From Ignicoccus pacificus DSM 13166 (GTDB lineage Archaea; Thermoproteota; Thermoprotei_A; Sulfolobales; Ignicoccaceae): a stretch of 32,000 bases of DNA. Shown piece by piece: positions 31,887-32,000 of the stretch; within the stretch, counting starts at the first letter, position 1; every line of letters begins with the position of its first letter. The position numbers were made by a program, and so were the translations under genes. The notes under the pieces were generated by a model. The model had not been told where the DNA came from. It made no database searches and saw nothing but the letters and a program-made list of their open reading frames with translations. The stretch is taken from the NCBI GenBank assembly GCA_025340205.1, contig CP006868.1, forward strand, positions 750,001-782,000, read 5' to 3'.

Positions 31887-32000
31887 TCACTTCCTCCTTC
31901 TCTGCCTTCTTTGTTGTGCCTCAACGGCCCACACGCTTACTCCTAGCAACCTTTTCATAACTTCACTTAGGAACCTCACGTAGTTACCCTTCTGTCCCAC
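31887..32000 (-). CDS. Possible 3' end of a gene entering from the right edge (...GQKGNYVRFLSEVMKRLLGVSVWAVEAQQRRQRRRK*)
   Basis: This is the only minus-strand frame open from position 32000. It runs 37 codons and then TGA at 31889-31887. I recognise no family. Confidence 0.25.
   Translation of the reverse strand: MGQKGNYVRFLSEVMKRLLGVSVWAVEAQQRRQRRRK

Overview
This is a gene-dense chromosomal segment from a hyperthermophilic crenarchaeon, Desulfurococcales/Sulfolobales-like by gene content. Supporting markers are archaeal TBP, RNA polymerase subunit F (Rpo4), ribosomal protein L44e, a crenarchaeal-type OB-fold SSB and a type-2 IPP isomerase. There is also a stand-alone 5S rRNA and an intron-less tRNA-Ala(CGC). 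Both RNAs are far more GC-rich than the AT-leaning DNA around them. I support about 48 protein genes on both strands. Many are joined by 4-nt ATGA-type overlaps, so there are several tightly coupled small operons. Content is mostly housekeeping: NAD metabolism (NAD kinase, NMN adenylyltransferase), cofactor genes (MoaC, RibH, CbiX, an MptE/DmrX-like pterin pair), transporters (ClC, ArsB/NhaD-type, Fec/Btu-type ABC parts, a family-5 binding protein, VIT1-like) and an Agl24-like glycosyltransferase. I see no CRISPR array, transposase, integrase, provirus or recognisable defence island, so this reads as core genome rather than an accessory region. No single striking novel system is evident. The best candidates for undescribed biology are: (1) a classic-clade AAA+ ATPase with an unassignable N-domain coupled to a 62-aa C2H2-like zinc-finger micro-protein; (2) an overlapping CBS / 4xCBS / Mut7-C nuclease cassette; (3) a 143-aa protein with a nucleotide-cyclase/GGDEF-like palm motif pattern; (4) an mptE / dmrX-like / unknown 129-aa operon; (5) a ppnK-cbiX-DUF371 coupled operon; (6) a radical SAM/SPASM enzyme divergent from a 2x[4Fe-4S] ferredoxin. 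All functional calls come from reading motifs by eye, with no database search, so family names are hypotheses to confirm with profile searches.
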